Source of the DNA: Glaucostegus cemiculus
Lineage: Eukaryota
Assembly: GCA_976551045.1 (NCBI GenBank)
Contig: CDPCPM010000029.1
Location: 13,888,001 to 13,952,000 of the forward strand
Length of the DNA: 64,000 nucleotides
Direction of reading: 5' to 3'
Shown here: positions 40,004-53,157 of the stretch, piece after piece
Layout: each line of letters opens with the position of its first letter
How positions within the stretch are numbered: position 1 is the first letter of the stretch
Made by a program: the position numbers and the translations under genes
Notes under the pieces: generated by a model
The model's database searches: none
Seen by the model: the letters and a program-made list of their open reading frames with translations, nothing else
Told to the model about the DNA's origin: nothing

Positions 40004-40389
40004 GAGTCAGGATTTGTACACCTGTGATTTATCAATTAGTACAATGTTTAAATATTGAATTACATTTCAATCAACAAAGCTTAACATATTTAGTGAGAAT
40101 AGTGTGTAAAGGCAATGACATCTTGTAATAACTAATTAAGTTGAACTTTAAATCAATTCACAGATTCTGCAAAAGCTGCAGGGTACATCTGACAGTAACT
40201 TCATGATTTCTGCACCAAACAATGTGTGTGCAGGTATCAGAAGGTGTGTATTAATGTCAATTCTGTTAGTTTTGCCATCATAACAACTTGAATTTTGGAC
40301 CAGTATACTTCCCATTAAGCACCTCTAAATGTCAGTGATGTATCAATATGTATCTGATTGATTAAATGTTATCAACCTTGTCTTTGATT

Positions 40390-40800
40390 TAGGAGGTTCA
40401 CACTGCACTCCAGGAACTTGAGTAGGTTATTGGTCCCCACATCTCAGTGCAATATTGTGAGAGTGCTGCACTTCCAGTCATGTCATCTTTTTGAATGTTA
40501 TACTTAGTTGATTTCTGAATTCCGAAGTAGATATAAAAGATTCAAGGATATGGTTTATCCTGGCCACCACTTATCCCTTAAGCATTGCCTTTAGGAGGCT
40601 GATGAGTTCAGCATTTTCTGTTTTTATTTCAGATTTCCAGCATCTACAATTTTTTGATTTACCATTAGGGAAGGACTACTTAGTTGTTTACCTCGGTGCT
40701 AGTTGGAGGACCAAACTTTGCTCAAATTATCTGCCACATTTTTCTCCTGACAACACTGACAGTGCTTAAAATGTGTTTCATATTAGAGCATCCTAGAATC
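40390..40800 (+). mobile_element. Deu-domain SINE remnant with an inserted PLE-end fragment (~40600-40650)
   Basis: cagtgcaatattgtgagagtgctgcact...; embedded cagcattttctgtttttatttcagatttccagcatct. Confidence 0.5.
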
Positions 40801-41413
40801 ATAGAGTATGCCTCAAATCTTTTTTTTTAATGTACAAAGACTGTTGAAATGCTACAAATCCTGCTTTTTGGACAAATTCATTGGCCATTCTGTGTCAACA
40901 GTATTTTGCAAACAGATGACCAATAATAGCAAAGGAATTGAAGTGGATCCCTAGAGACAAGCTATATGGCTGTTAAGTAGTGAAGCGAGATTACTTTAGT
41001 TAGGGTCCTGCCACTGGAAATTTAGACACACACAAGGGTCAAGACCACAAGCACAACAGCAGCATTATTGGACAATTTCTTCCAGGCACCGTGAAGCACA
41101 TGTAGGAAAATATAGGAAGATTTTATGTGAGAGTGGAATGATGGTCAGGGTCCTGGAAGGGCTCTAGGTTTCTGGTAGGACAGGCCAGATTTTAGAGGTC
41201 TGATTGGGGCTTTGGGATTGGTGGTGCTGGTGGCTTGCCAGAAATCAACACCTTTTAACTGGAGCCAGAGATGGATGATTCACTCCTCGCTCTGGGGTTG
41301 GCAATCGTGGACTTGATGGTCAGGGCCTGGACAGATTGGGATGGAGGTGGGTTACTGAATTGGAAGGGTGGGAGATCAGTCGTCACTCAATGGGAAGCAG
41401 CTGAATGGTATCA

Positions 41414-41580
41414 CACTGGAGGAACTCAGTGGGTCAGGCAGCATCTATGGGGGGAAATGAACAGTTGATGTTTTGGGTCGAGACCCTTCATCCGGGTCAT
41501 AGATGCTGCCAGACCTGCTGAGTTCCTCCAGCTTTTTGTGTGTTGCTCCAGATTCCTGCATCTGCATTCTCTTGTGTTTC
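41414..41580. mobile_element. Palindromic Penelope-derived element with a decayed hammerhead between the arms
   Basis: ctggaggaactcagtgggtcaggcagcatctatg pairs with catagatgctgccagacctgctgagttcctccag; the loop on the minus strand reads cGGATGA-agggtctcgaccc-AAAA-catc-aactg. Confidence 0.8.
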
Positions 41581-41626
41581 CTAAATGTTATCACAGCCCA
41601 GACAAGAGTTATTAAAACTTGGTTGT

Positions 41627-41920
41627 AGATAAGATCTTTATTAGTCACATGTACATCGAAACACACAGTGAAATGCATCTTTTGCATAGAGTGTTCTGGG
41701 GCAGCCCACATGTATCACCATGCTTCTGGCACCAACGTAGCATGCCCACAACTTCCCAACCCATACATCTTTGGAATGTGGGAGGAAACTGGTGCATCTG
41801 GAGGAAACACAGGCATTCATGGGGAGAACATATAAACTCCTTACAGACAGTGGCCGGAATTGAACCCAGGTCGCTGACACTGTAATAGTGTTACGCTAAC
41901 TGCTACACTACCATGCCTGC
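41627..41920 (-). mobile_element. V-SINE, second subfamily, full length
   Basis: Head, V-domain and tail all present on the minus strand. Confidence 0.88.
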
Positions 41921-42676
41921 TTCCAGAAAACATGGTGATTGGGATGTTCCACAATATATGGTGATTGGGGCTTCTTGGTGAACTAATTTCCACAGCATTG
42001 CTCTAAAAGGAATGTTGCATGAAGAATGACAACATTAGTTGCCTGACTAACATAGAAATCTTGTCAGATATGGGAGGGAGATTCATGGCTGGAAGTGCAT
42101 AGTTTAATTTCTGGACTGGTGTGATTTGACCTGGAGATGGATGGAGTTGTCTTCCACAATAGAAAGGAAAGACCTATTTTTGGATGCCTAACAATGAATA
42201 AAACAGTGATCTATATATCTGAATTTCTCGGCCAAACTGTTTTTGTCTAAAAGTGATTTATGGGATCTAGTAGCTGAGTGACCCTTTGAAAAATGCCAGT
42301 GCTCTCTAACAATGGCATATCTAATCAAAACAAATAAAGAACTTAGGAATATGTTTGTGTAAAGTCAAACTCAATCTAATTTGTCACAAAGTTCAATTGA
42401 AACCTCAAAAGCATTTCTCAATTTTGCAGCAAAGAACCAAAATCATGATGAATTAGAGTACTCCAGAATGGGAATCTTCTTGATTTTCTTGACCATGGGG
42501 AACAAAATTGTAAGGATATTAAAAAAAATTGTACATATTGACAATAGCTGTTAAAAGCAGAAATCTGAACCTGGTTTGAAATACAACTATACTTTAGTAT
42601 TGTGTACATTGGTATTGGTGGCATTGTGGCTTTCTGGAAATCAATGTCTTTTATTTGGTTGCCAGAGTTGAGGAAT

Positions 42677-42931
42677 TAAGATAAGATATCTATTAGTCAC
42701 ATGTACATCAAAACACACAGTGAAATGCATCTTTTGGGTAGAGTGTTCTGGGGCCCACAAGTGTCGCCATGCTTCCGGCGCCAACATAGCATGCCCACAA
42801 CTTCCAAACCTATACATCTTTTGAAATGTGGGAGGAAACCGGAGCACCCAGAGGAAACCTACGCAGACGCGGGGAGAACATATAAGCTCCTTACAGACAG
42901 CAGCCGGAATTGAACCCAGGTCGCTGGCGCC
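42677..42931 (-). mobile_element. V-SINE, second subfamily, 5'-truncated
   Basis: Same family as 41627-41920, lacking the A-box region. Confidence 0.88.
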
Positions 42932-43188
42932 TCGGTTGGTGTCTCAGTTGGGAATTGGGGCAATCATGGACTGGCGGTCAGGGCCTGAACCAATTGGTGG
43001 TGGGGTGGGGGGGAACAACCGAATTGAAGCACCATGGTAAATAATCTGAGTGGTATGCTTTATCTCCTGTTGTTGAAATCATTAAACCAGGAAACTTTGG
43101 TTAATCATCAAAAAGCAGGTTAACAAGACCAACATTAATGCCTAGAAACTGGGGTTCACTTTTTTTGTTGCATTTCATGTTCAATTGG

Positions 43189-43410
43189 TATTAGTTTATT
43201 ATTGTCACTTGTACCGACGTACAGTGAAAAACTTGTCTTGCATACCGATCGTACAGGTCAATTCATTACACAGTGCAGTAACATTGAGATAGTACTGAGT
43301 GCATTGAGGTAGTACAGTTAAAAGCAATAACAGTACAGAGTAAAGTGTCACAGCTACAGAGAAAGTGCAGTTCAATAAGGTGCAAGGTCACAACAAGGTA
43401 GATTGTGAGG
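43189..43410 (-). mobile_element. Rex1/Babar-like LINE 3' UTR fragment
   Basis: Minus strand ends tttttcactgtacgtcggtacaagtgacaataataaac; flanked by tcaattgg at 43181 and 43411 (possible TSD). Confidence 0.65.
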
Positions 43411-44019
43411 TCAATTGGAGTGACTTATAAATAATCAGGAAATCGGTGAAAAGCCCGATGTAAAGTTTCTGAGGGTGGTTTTCACCTTGAATCAATTAGT
43501 AAAACTTTACCTGCACTGTTCCTGAAAGCAACTGCTGCTTCATTGCCATGACAACTCCTGAGAAGTGAGTCACCCTATAAAGAACACTCTTCGCAGCTGC
43601 CATGGTACTTACCACCCACTACCCCTCTGGTGTTTAGAGCAACAACAAAGCTATTTCACCTTTTCTGTTTCTGTCAAGTCTTTCACTGGTTTCCCCAGCT
43701 GTGCCCCAGGTTTACAATCTCAGCATGCTGTTTTCAGACTAGCTCATTTTCACTTATCTTCATGTGTCCATCTTATTGCAAATCAAGTAATGGAATCAAT
43801 TTCAATCCCAAGCACAGGACCAATCCATCTCCAATGTCTCTGGTAATGCCTGCACTGTATAAATAGGTCACGGTTTGAGATTTTTCTAGGCCAAAATATA
43901 TAGAGAGATTTTCTGAGTCAAATTATATGAAAGTAATACACTTTAGACATGTCATGCTCTTTCATTTGCCACATTCTGCACCAAAGAGACGTGATGCAAA
44001 TAGACAGCTGTACTAAATC

Positions 44020-45385
44020 TTGAGCAACAAACAACGTGTTGGAAGAACTCAGCGGGTCAAGCAGCATTTGTGGGAGGAAAGGAATTATCGCTATTTCGAG
44101 TTGAGACCCTGCATCAGGACTGAAGAGTGGAGAGGCGAGATGGCCAACATAAAAAGGAGAAGGGGAGTGGTGAGAAAGGATACTGTTGGATTTGACTGTT
44201 TTAATTGGTTTTTAACATGTATAGTGTTTAATACACCTCCAGTGGCAGTGCAAGGGATGGCCGCCTACTAGCTTATTGGTCTGTCCATCAGATGAATATG
44301 TGGTTTTTTTCATTGGTTGGTTTGGCCACAAGTATCTAATAGGTTTCCTGATTGGACTCTTGTTAGCTAAAGAACATCTCTTATCTCAGGTATAAAAGGT
44401 GTTGCTTTATGTTAATCAGTTCTCCCTCTTGCTCTTCCTATCCCCTGGCCTGAGCTCCTCTTTTGTTCCCTTTGTCTCGGCTCATCAAAGCTAGTGCCAT
44501 GGGACTGTTCCTTTGTTTTAAACTTTTCCAATAAAACTTTGAAGCATCAAGTTGTTTTCAACTCATTCCTGGATTCCTGAAAGAACCTGTGGATCCGAAA
44601 GTAACTGGATCTGCCAATACCGAGGTGATCGGTGGACTGAGGAGGGATGTGAGGTGAGAGGCAGGTAGTGCCAGGTAGAGAAGGTGAGCGGGAGTGCAGT
44701 TGAATGATCGATGGAGGCAGACAAAGAGAGGAAAAAGAAAAAAAAGCAGATGGAGTGAAATGGGGGAAGGGGAGTGTGAAGATAGGAGACGACTGCTGGA
44801 GGGAGATAAGCAGGAACACCAAGCGCTACCAGTGCTGGATTCGGATAAGTAAAGAAGGTGCGGATGGAAACCATCAGGGGAGAGATGAGCGGCAGTTGGA
44901 ACCAGATTTTGGGGTAGGGGGAAAACTGTGTGAAATGGGTGGATGGAACCCGGTGGGGGAAGGGGACATGGGTGAAGGGAGGCTGGGGGGAGGGTTGGAA
45001 AGGGGACAAAAATGGGAGGATCAGAGGGAGACAGGGGGAGGAAAGGGGAAGGAGATTAAAAAAAAGCAAAAGGGGGGAGGTTACTTAAAATTGGAAAACT
45101 CAATATTCATGCCATTGGGTTGTAGACTGCAGGCAGAATATAAGGTGTTGCTCCTCCAGTTTGTGTTTGGCTTCATCCTGGCAGTAGAGAAGGCCAAGGT
45201 TGGACAGGTCAGTGTGGGAATGGGAAGGGGAGCTGAAGTGATCTGGATCTGGGAGCTCAGGATGGCCATTGCACACTGAGCATTGGTGTTCTGCAAAATG
45301 GTCCCCAAGTTCGTGCCTGGTCTTACCGATAAAGAGGAGGCCACATTTGGAGCACTGAATACAGTAGACAAGATTGAAGGAAATT
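44020..45385 (-). mobile_element. Penelope-like element, 5'-truncated: GIY-YIG endonuclease C-terminus, pyrimidine-rich 3' region, hammerhead-like motif (44085-44122)
   Basis: Minus strand translates NLVYCIQCSKCGLLFIGKTRHELGDHFAEH...KLEEQHLIF /frameshift/ SLQPNGMNIEFSNFK*; cagtc-CTGATGC-agggtctcaactc-GAAA near the 3' end. Confidence 0.88.
44184..44616 (+). mobile_element. Solo LTR, 433 bp, inserted in the Penelope element
   Basis: TG...CA termini; 4-bp TSD ATAC (44180-44183, 44617-44620); ATTGG boxes at 44275, 44312, 44351; TATAAAA at 44391; AATAAA at 44530. Confidence 0.82.
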
Positions 45386-45559
45386 ACTTAGTTCCAGAGT
45401 AATAGTTTAATGATTTCCAGATGATATTTGAGCTCTTGAAGATGTTTTGTTGATTCAGATCTCAATGTCTTGGCTTGTTCCACAAACCTAGATGATGAAG
45501 TGTCCAGGTATAGAACACTACAGCACAGTACTGGTCCTTTCCCACAATGTTTATATATC

Positions 45560-47365
45560 TTAATGTTTCTGCATTAGTGCCCCTCTGCATGGTGATGAAG
45601 AGGTAATGTTAAATGTCATGGTAACTGTTTCGTTGTGGTTAATTTTCAGTCCAATTTGCTGACCAAATGTATTGAGCTGGATTATTCCACCTTGTATGAG
45701 GTTTTGAATGTCTGATGAGAGAAAGATTGTTTACAAAGTCAAATTCTTCAAGGGATGAGAAAAGCATCCACTTGATGCCTTTTCGTATATGTCCTGTTGT
45801 ACGCCACATTATCCAATCGATAGCAAGGTGAAAAGAACTGTTGATATGATATACCCCTGATGAATTCGTGTTTTGATTTCAAAAGGCCACCTCAATGTCT
45901 CTGAAGTTTATGCAGGATTGCTGCTGCCCTTACAGGATTGTTCCAGAGTGGTTCATAAAGATGCATCCAGATCCTTTCTGAAAATTGCTTGTCCTTTTCT
46001 GAGAACATTATCAATTACCTCTGATACTCACTGGACTAGGATCTTACAAAATATCCCCCCAGTTGTCACTCCCCCAGCTGTCACGAGTGCTCCTTTCTTC
46101 AATATTTTCACCGCGATCTTGATAATCCACTCATTTGGTAATCTTGCCCTTTCCCAGGATGAATGCTGCTCACTCAGAAATTAGGTCAGACACTTTTAGA
46201 TTCAAGCTGTCTCTACCAGGAGCTTTGCTATTTGTCGGCTTGGATGATCTCATGCTTTGATGGGAGGTCACTCTTGATATCAAGATCGTCTTCTGCCTCC
46301 CAGGTGTTTGCCTTCTCTTCCGGTGGCTCCCTGATCAGCAGTTCTTTGAAGTACACCATCCTGTGCATTTCTTACTCTTTAGCAATTGTCAGCAAGTGGC
46401 CGCCGCCGCCTTCTCTGTTGAGCATAATTATTGCTGTCTGCCATTCGCCACGATAAGCTGTGAGATGTTAAATATAGTTCCTTGATTGCCATGGATAACT
46501 GGATCCTTTGCCCGTGTGGCTATGTTAGCAATATACTGCCGTTTGTCCACTTTTACACGTTTGATTTCCTGATGTACTTTGCTGTGCTGCTCAAGGTATT
46601 TGTCCTTAATATCTGGAATTTTGTATCCAGAACCTTTCTCTTTGGTGCTCAACAGGCTTCACTGCTCTGTTTATGGATTGTAGCCAGTTTGTCCAACATC
46701 TCGTTGAGCTCTTCTACATTCCTCTTCATCAAGGTCTCCAGGAGCTTGAAAGCTCACTTCTTAGTCTTGGCTGTAGCAAGTGGTGGTCACGGACAACATC
46801 TGCACACCTATCTCACATTAGCTTAGGTTCCACTCAAACAGGGACTGATTTACTCTCTTAGTCAAATGGAAGGCAGCACCCTCCTGGAGTTGTTAATCTT
46901 CCCATCCTGAATATAGCAGACCTTCCCCTGATCTTCTTGTTAATCTTCCTGACCTCATACATCTACTCTCAATGACACTCAAGATGTTAACACTGTAGCA
47001 TCTCATCACTGCCATGACCCAAACTAACTTGCCCATTTTGTACAACGTTTGTCCCAAAAGACAATGTTGCTTATTGCCCCTGATGTCGGCCACTTCAGTC
47101 TTCGTGGCAATTGATTCCTTTCAGTTTTTGCCACTGCCAGTCATATGAGCCATTGGCCATCAGACACGGTGGTGGTCAACATCTTCACCATTGTGTCTAT
47201 AAAATATTTTTACAGGGCAAGAGGTTAAGCCTGTGCCTAATCCCCATTCTGGAGGACAAGGATGTGTGTTTTGTCTGGCCCCTCTTTCCTCCCATCAATC
47301 TGGCATGGTTGAATCTGCCAGCAGCAAAAAGCCCATGGCACAGCACAGGCTCTGGGGATTATTAA
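45560..47365 (-). mobile_element. Decayed, internally deleted RTE-clade LINE
   Basis: APE start QTLYKMGKL..VMAVMRCYSVNILSVIESR..SGR...LLYSG; RT remnants near 45660-45870 (QGYIISTVLFTL..DWIM..., EEFDF); 5' UTR-like region 47200-47365. Confidence 0.7.
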
Positions 47366-49829
47366 AGGCTCTGACGCCAGACTGCCATGCCTGGGAGGGT
47401 AGTGGAGGCAGAGTTGCTGACGGCATTTAAGAAGTGTCTAGACGGGCATTTCAATCGCCTAGGCAGATGAGGCTATGGGCCAAGGGGTGGAAGATGGGAT
47501 TAATATGGATGGCTGCCTACTGAGCAGCGAGGACATGGTAGGCCCAATGGTTTGTTTCCATGCTGTATGACTTTACAACTTTACAACCAAGGTAGAGAGT
47601 TGCCGTGGAGGTGAGGGAACTGTGAAGGAATGGGCAACACAGTGCAATGGGGGCACTGAAATTTTTAGGAACCAAGAACTACTGTGAGTCCCAGCTCACC
47701 AAGTGGCTGGAGATCACAAAATTGTGTAGCTGTGTGTGTGGTAAAGCTATTATCACTGTCTCTGATGCTTGTGGATAAGAGTGGAGCACAGAAAAATGAG
47801 CCTGGCATAGGCTGCAGTTAAAACTTTGATGTCCCCAAGGGAACTTCTTGTTGACTTGCTCCTTGCATTACTATAGGTGAAAAGCACAGGTCACACCTTT
47901 CACAGCCAGTAGATGTATAGGTGGCTGGTATGCATTGGATGACATGTGTCTGATGCTGGGCAGGCATCTGATGCACTAAGGTGAATCTTCCCTGCCAGTT
48001 TCTCAACGGTCACTAATTGACCTGGTATTGATTGCAAAGTGATCTGACGTGCAAAATGGCATTTATGCACAAGTCATGCATAAAATTATTTGCAAAGAGC
48101 TGCTTTCTAGGCAAAAACCTTTTTAAATTGGATTCTAGGGAGAGGCCGGAATTAATGGGATCTATAGCCTCTCAATGATAAAGATTTGTCTCCTTTTCAT
48201 TTGATGTCTATGGAAGACAGTATTAAGTCAACAGCAATTCATTTTAAGGAATTACTATAAATAGAATTGTGGTTCCACAGATTATTTTGTTTGAAAACAA
48301 ACCTCGTTACCATATTTGCTGTTCCTGTGACTGAAAAACAAAGAACATAAGTCACAAGAGGACATCGCCTTGAATGATGGGATTGTTATTCTGTAATCAT
48401 AAGACACTCTGTGATTTGGTGGTGATGCCATATCCCCACAGTTAAGTACTTTGAAAATGTAGCATTGTTTTCTGAGTTTCATGCACCCACAAAAAGTACA
48501 CACAGAAGATTTAGGGATAAACGCTATCTAATTTTCTAACCATTTAACTTAGTGGTCATGAAATTATATAGGGCATGTGCTTCAATTTCCAGTTCTTCTT
48601 TCTGGCAGGCAAGAAGTCCCACTGGTAACCCAAACTTAGAAAATTATACCACAAAGTAGACTTCTTCTGCACTACTTAGACGGTAGTAATTATTTGCATT
48701 TCTATGCCACACATTTGCAGAAAAGCAACACAAAATACTTTATGGCATGGGTGAAGTATGCACACATCAGATAGAGGGGAAATTAGAAAAGCTATAGGTG
48801 CTTGAGGGGTGGGATAGGAATGATGAGGTGTGTGAATTTAAACACAGCATTTTGGAGATTGGGCATAATGGTTGGAAGAGGAGCAGCCATGAAGCAAGGA
48901 GCTGAAAGTGAATGTATCAGAATGGGAGAATTATGAGCTAAAATAATAGGGTTTACTTAGGAACATGTGCATGAGGCAGCCTGTTCATGATTGGTATAAA
49001 GGACAGCTCAATAGCTGAGTGCGGTGATACATCACAGATTGCTGTTCATCTTCTCACATGTGCGGCATGCCCACATGTCCAGGTCAGGGACCTGGCAAGC
49101 ATCAAATATGAGGCTGTTGTGTGGTTCTGCTGCATTAATGATGTGTCAAGGGGTTAATGGAGCACATGGGAGTTGGAGAAAGTAATGAGGGTGGGGAGTG
49201 AATGGATAGAGGAGATTGATGTGTTAGCATGATCATGAGGACTGTGTCACCACCCCCTGATCAGAGAGATGAAACTGTGTACAGTGAGAGATGGGATCCA
49301 TGTCTGGAGGTGAGAGCAGGGTGGGGTTAATGGGGCAGGTTGGGGTGGTCATTGTTCAGATGGATGTGGTGCAGTGGAAAGAACAAGTGAGGGTCTTCAA
49401 AAGGGAACTGGACAGGCACTGAGACAGCATGATTTCCAGGACTTAAAAGAAAGTACGGCTGAATAGATGAAAATGGCTTATTTTCTGAGCAATACAGTCA
49501 GGGCCAGAGGCATCCAAGTTTTAATCATCAATGTGTGGGCAGTATTCCAGTATAGCAAATCACCCACCCATTATAAAACCTGTCTGTTTTTCAATCCATT
49601 GAAATGAGCGGAATGAAAATTGGATGGACAGATGATCCACTCCATCAGATTACAGCTCAGGTGGGGAATTCATTTTCCTTTTGTTGACCCCCTCCATCTC
49701 TAGCAACTGTCTGAGGTGGAACCAGACTGTTCGTAATTTTGCTACAATATTTGCTACTGAAGGAAGCTTCAGACTAGATATCTATACTGCTAGTAAGACC
49801 ATCTGTCTCTATCCCTTTAAAGTTGCCTG

Positions 49830-50330
49830 GGCTTCCTCCTACCTGCACTAATCTGCTGCTAAAACTCTCACCCATGCTCTTGTTACCTGCAGTCTTAATT
49901 ATTTCAATGCACAACTTGCTGACCTACTGTCTTCCACCTTTCATAACCTTAGGAAGTTAAAGTTTACACAGCCAGTTTCATTTCTGTAATACTTTACTGC
50001 TTACTTCAAATTAAAAATTCTTATCATCATATTCAAATACTTTCTGAACTTACCCCTTCTTACTCTGTTACCTCCTCCAGCTCCACAGCTGATTACCTTC
50101 TCTAAATATTTGTGCGCCTCCAATTCTCGCTCTTTGTATGTTCCTAATTTTAATTGCTTTAGTGTTGGCAACTGTGCCTTTAACTGCAAGGTGAATTCCG
50201 AAACAATGCATTAAGTCCTCTTTTAAGAAGTTCATTTAAATCTTCTTCTATGTGCAAACTTCCTGTCATCCACCCTGATATCTCCTTATGTGGCGTGAAG
50301 CACCTTGAAATGTTTGACTCTAGTAAATGC
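49830..50330 (+). mobile_element. Old L2 LINE 3' remnant
   Basis: KTLTHALVTCSLNYFNAQLADL resembles the L2 motif LIHAFVTSRLDYCNALLAGL; also FKLKIL. Confidence 0.65.
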
Positions 50331-50714
50331 AGTGAGTTGTGTGATATTGAGTCAGAGGAGACAGCTGCTCACCCAGGCCTTAATGAATAGAAAAATGGCA
50401 CAACAGAGTATCAACTGCTTTGATAAGGGAGGAAGAAAGGTAAAGATTGGTGCCACTTGCCTACATGTCCAAATTAATATTTGGTATCTTGATAATGTTT
50501 GTAAAGGACAGCATGTAAAGAAGACAAAAGAGAGAATTCTAGTGTGCACTGGAGGTGACTGAACAAAGCAGTCGGTCAGTGGGGAGCAAACAAAGTGTGT
50601 AACGTCTTTATTAGTGGAAAAATGTTGGAAGAGAGATGCTAGAAGAGGGTTATATCTTTATTACTGCTCCCAAAATAAAGAAGACATACATTTAATCAGT
50701 ACCTTTCATATCTA

Positions 50715-51016
50715 GGGCAGCAGGGTAGTGTATCAGTTAGTTTAACGCTATTACAGCGCCATTGACTCAGGTTCAATTCTGGCCGCTGTCTGTAAGGAGT
50801 TTGTACGTTCTCCCTGTGTCTGCGTGGGTTTCCTCTGGGTGTTCTGGCTTCCTCCCACATTCCAAAAGAAGTCTGGGTTAGGAAGTTGTGGGCAATGCAT
50901 TGTTGGCGCCAGAAGCATGGCGACTCTTGTGGGCTGCCCCCAGAACATTCTATGCAAAAGATGCATCTCACTGTGTGTTTCACTGTACATGTGACTAATA
51001 AAGAAATCTTATCTTT
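50715..51016 (+). mobile_element. V-SINE, second subfamily, full length
   Basis: Head, V-domain, tail ...gtacatgtgactaataaagaaatcttatct. Confidence 0.88.
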
Positions 51017-53087
51017 CATGTCATTCCCAAAATCTTTTATACTCAAAGAAGTACTTTTTGAAGTATAATTAATGTTGTAGTGTAGGAAAGTACAACTAGT
51101 ACAAGTGGACCCAAGAGAACAATAGCTTAAGAGTGGGCTGAGGGGTAGGACAGAACAATTAAGAGTATAAATGATAATGGTGGTGGTGAAGATGATAAAA
51201 GGCAACAGAAGACAATGATAGCAGTCATGCAGGGAATTGTGCATAACTGTGACTATACAGTCTTAGTTCAAGGGTTAACCATGTGTCCCCTCTCCTTTAG
51301 GTATTTTTTCATTCACAGACATTTTGAGTGAAGGGAAACTGGTGGGATGATTTAATAATGCTCCTTCAAGGACAGTAAATTAAGAGGATTCATTCCATCT
51401 TTATGTTCTTTCCTTTTACTCTCATTACGTGACCCCGAAAAATTTATAGCTGAATGCGTCTGAAAAGTGCATGACCTGAAACTCATATAACCAAAGAAAA
51501 TCAGTGGAAGATGGAAATGTAAACTGGAACTAAGATAACAGAAGTAGAAAATGTGTTTTCAATTATGATTTTTAGAACCAGACTATTGATGTGCCAGGCA
51601 ATATGTTTGGGATGGTTTTATTTACAAATTTATGCTTTTATTATTAATAGTCATGGATAAAGCGCATTTTCCAAAAGTGGCCATGTTATATTTGCATCCC
51701 TTGTTTGCTAATTCTGACAATTCTAATACAAGAGAGTATTTCTAACAAAACCAAGTTGTAGTCTGCATACTAGGGCAATGTGTTATGTGTTAATATTGTT
51801 GATCTCCAGCCTCAGGTTCAGGTTACAAAGCATTCTAAACTTCAAATGCTACTTCTATACTACATTTTGGCCTCTTGGGTACAGATTTGATGCCAGAATC
51901 TGTTTGAAACTAACCAATCCACATGGGCCCTGAAATTTTGCACGAGCAGGTTTTTTTTCCCAGTACTGATGCACAATGAATGCACTATAGAAGCAGTTGG
52001 CTGTATGACCCACCAACAAAAAGATAGGTTTCAGTAGTAAAATATTACTTCCCCTAATCCACTGTACTGCTATTCAGACTCGATCATAATCATAGGGCTA
52101 ACTATCTCATTGCTCTTTAAGTAATTTTGTGCACTGTCAGAGGCCAGGAAGCAGCGTGAAAGAGTTTGAATCCTCACGGAAAAGGTTTTGCCTTCCCTTC
52201 ACATTCCACTGAAATGTGAAAAGCCAAAATAAACTCCTGTCTTGCCAAAACCTGAAGTGACAAAGCACCCATAAAAGGTGTCAGCAGATAACACAGTTTG
52301 TTTGGCATCATATAATAAATGATCTGGCTTTAATGCAGACAGAACGAAGATGAATGCAGTCTAATGGATAATGTCTAAGATTGACATTACCAGCCTATGA
52401 TGTGTTTTGTTATAATTGTTAAAATGTAATTATATTAACCTACTGTCTGCTTCTCCATAAATTAATGTAACATTAAAAATTAGCTATTCAAGATTCTCCC
52501 TAATTGGTGGTGCCTGCCAGTTCTAAATTGAGATTCAGATTAGGTGACAACACCATGCACACCATAGTTTTAATTTCATTTGCAAAATGTTTTACAATTG
52601 GAACCATTGGTCTTTTATGGTAAAGTGAGAGTACCATCCTGTCTCATTGCACTTATTGCCATTTTTACTGCAGGTAAATTATCTGAGCTTTCCAAAGTCT
52701 TTCTTCTCTGGGGTAATAGTTTGTATTGATATTTTTAAAGTCTCCATTACAGTGCAACTGACAGTTGTATTTAAATGAGACATGCATAGATTTAATGTAC
52801 AAAAATTAGAGGTTGCTTCTTCTGGTGTTCTGAAAAAATTAGTTAATCCAATTGCTGTGACAACAGTCTCCTGGAATAAGTATTGTAGAAAACTAAAAGT
52901 ATTTTTGAAGTTGTCATCTGTTTGAATTATTAATTTACACCAGTAACTGACATATTGTTTGTCAACTGTGCATGAGCTTTCTGATGGCTAAGATACTTAA
53001 CCCAATGACTTCACACAAGCCTAATTCAAAGATTTTGCAAGCTGTTAAATTCTGGGTCTTCTTATTCTTTCTTATTTTTAAACATAG

Positions 53088-53157
53088 GTTATTAAATGCT
53101 ATAAAGCCTGGGGCTGTGAAGAAGATCAACCGTCTGCCAACTCCTATTGCAGGACTG
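53088..53157 (+). CDS. LIMCH1: LIMCH1 coding exon (CH domain; equivalent to human exon 3), 70 nt, phase 2 to 0
   Basis: Pyrimidine tract then aaacatAG; G+[23 protein letters not shown]; donor GTGAGT. The leading G completes the GA|G (Glu) codon of the previous exon, giving ...[14 protein letters not shown]... Confidence 0.94.

Noticed and set aside
44547-45279. ORFs of 168 and 191 aa
   Set aside because: Low-complexity purine/pyrimidine tract of the Penelope 3' region; only the GIY-YIG frame is meaningful.
27969-53157. Assignment to LMO7 rather than LIMCH1
   Set aside because: [29 protein letters not shown] and RLPTPIAGL match LIMCH1; LMO7 as I recall has [28 protein letters not shown] and RLSTPIAGL.
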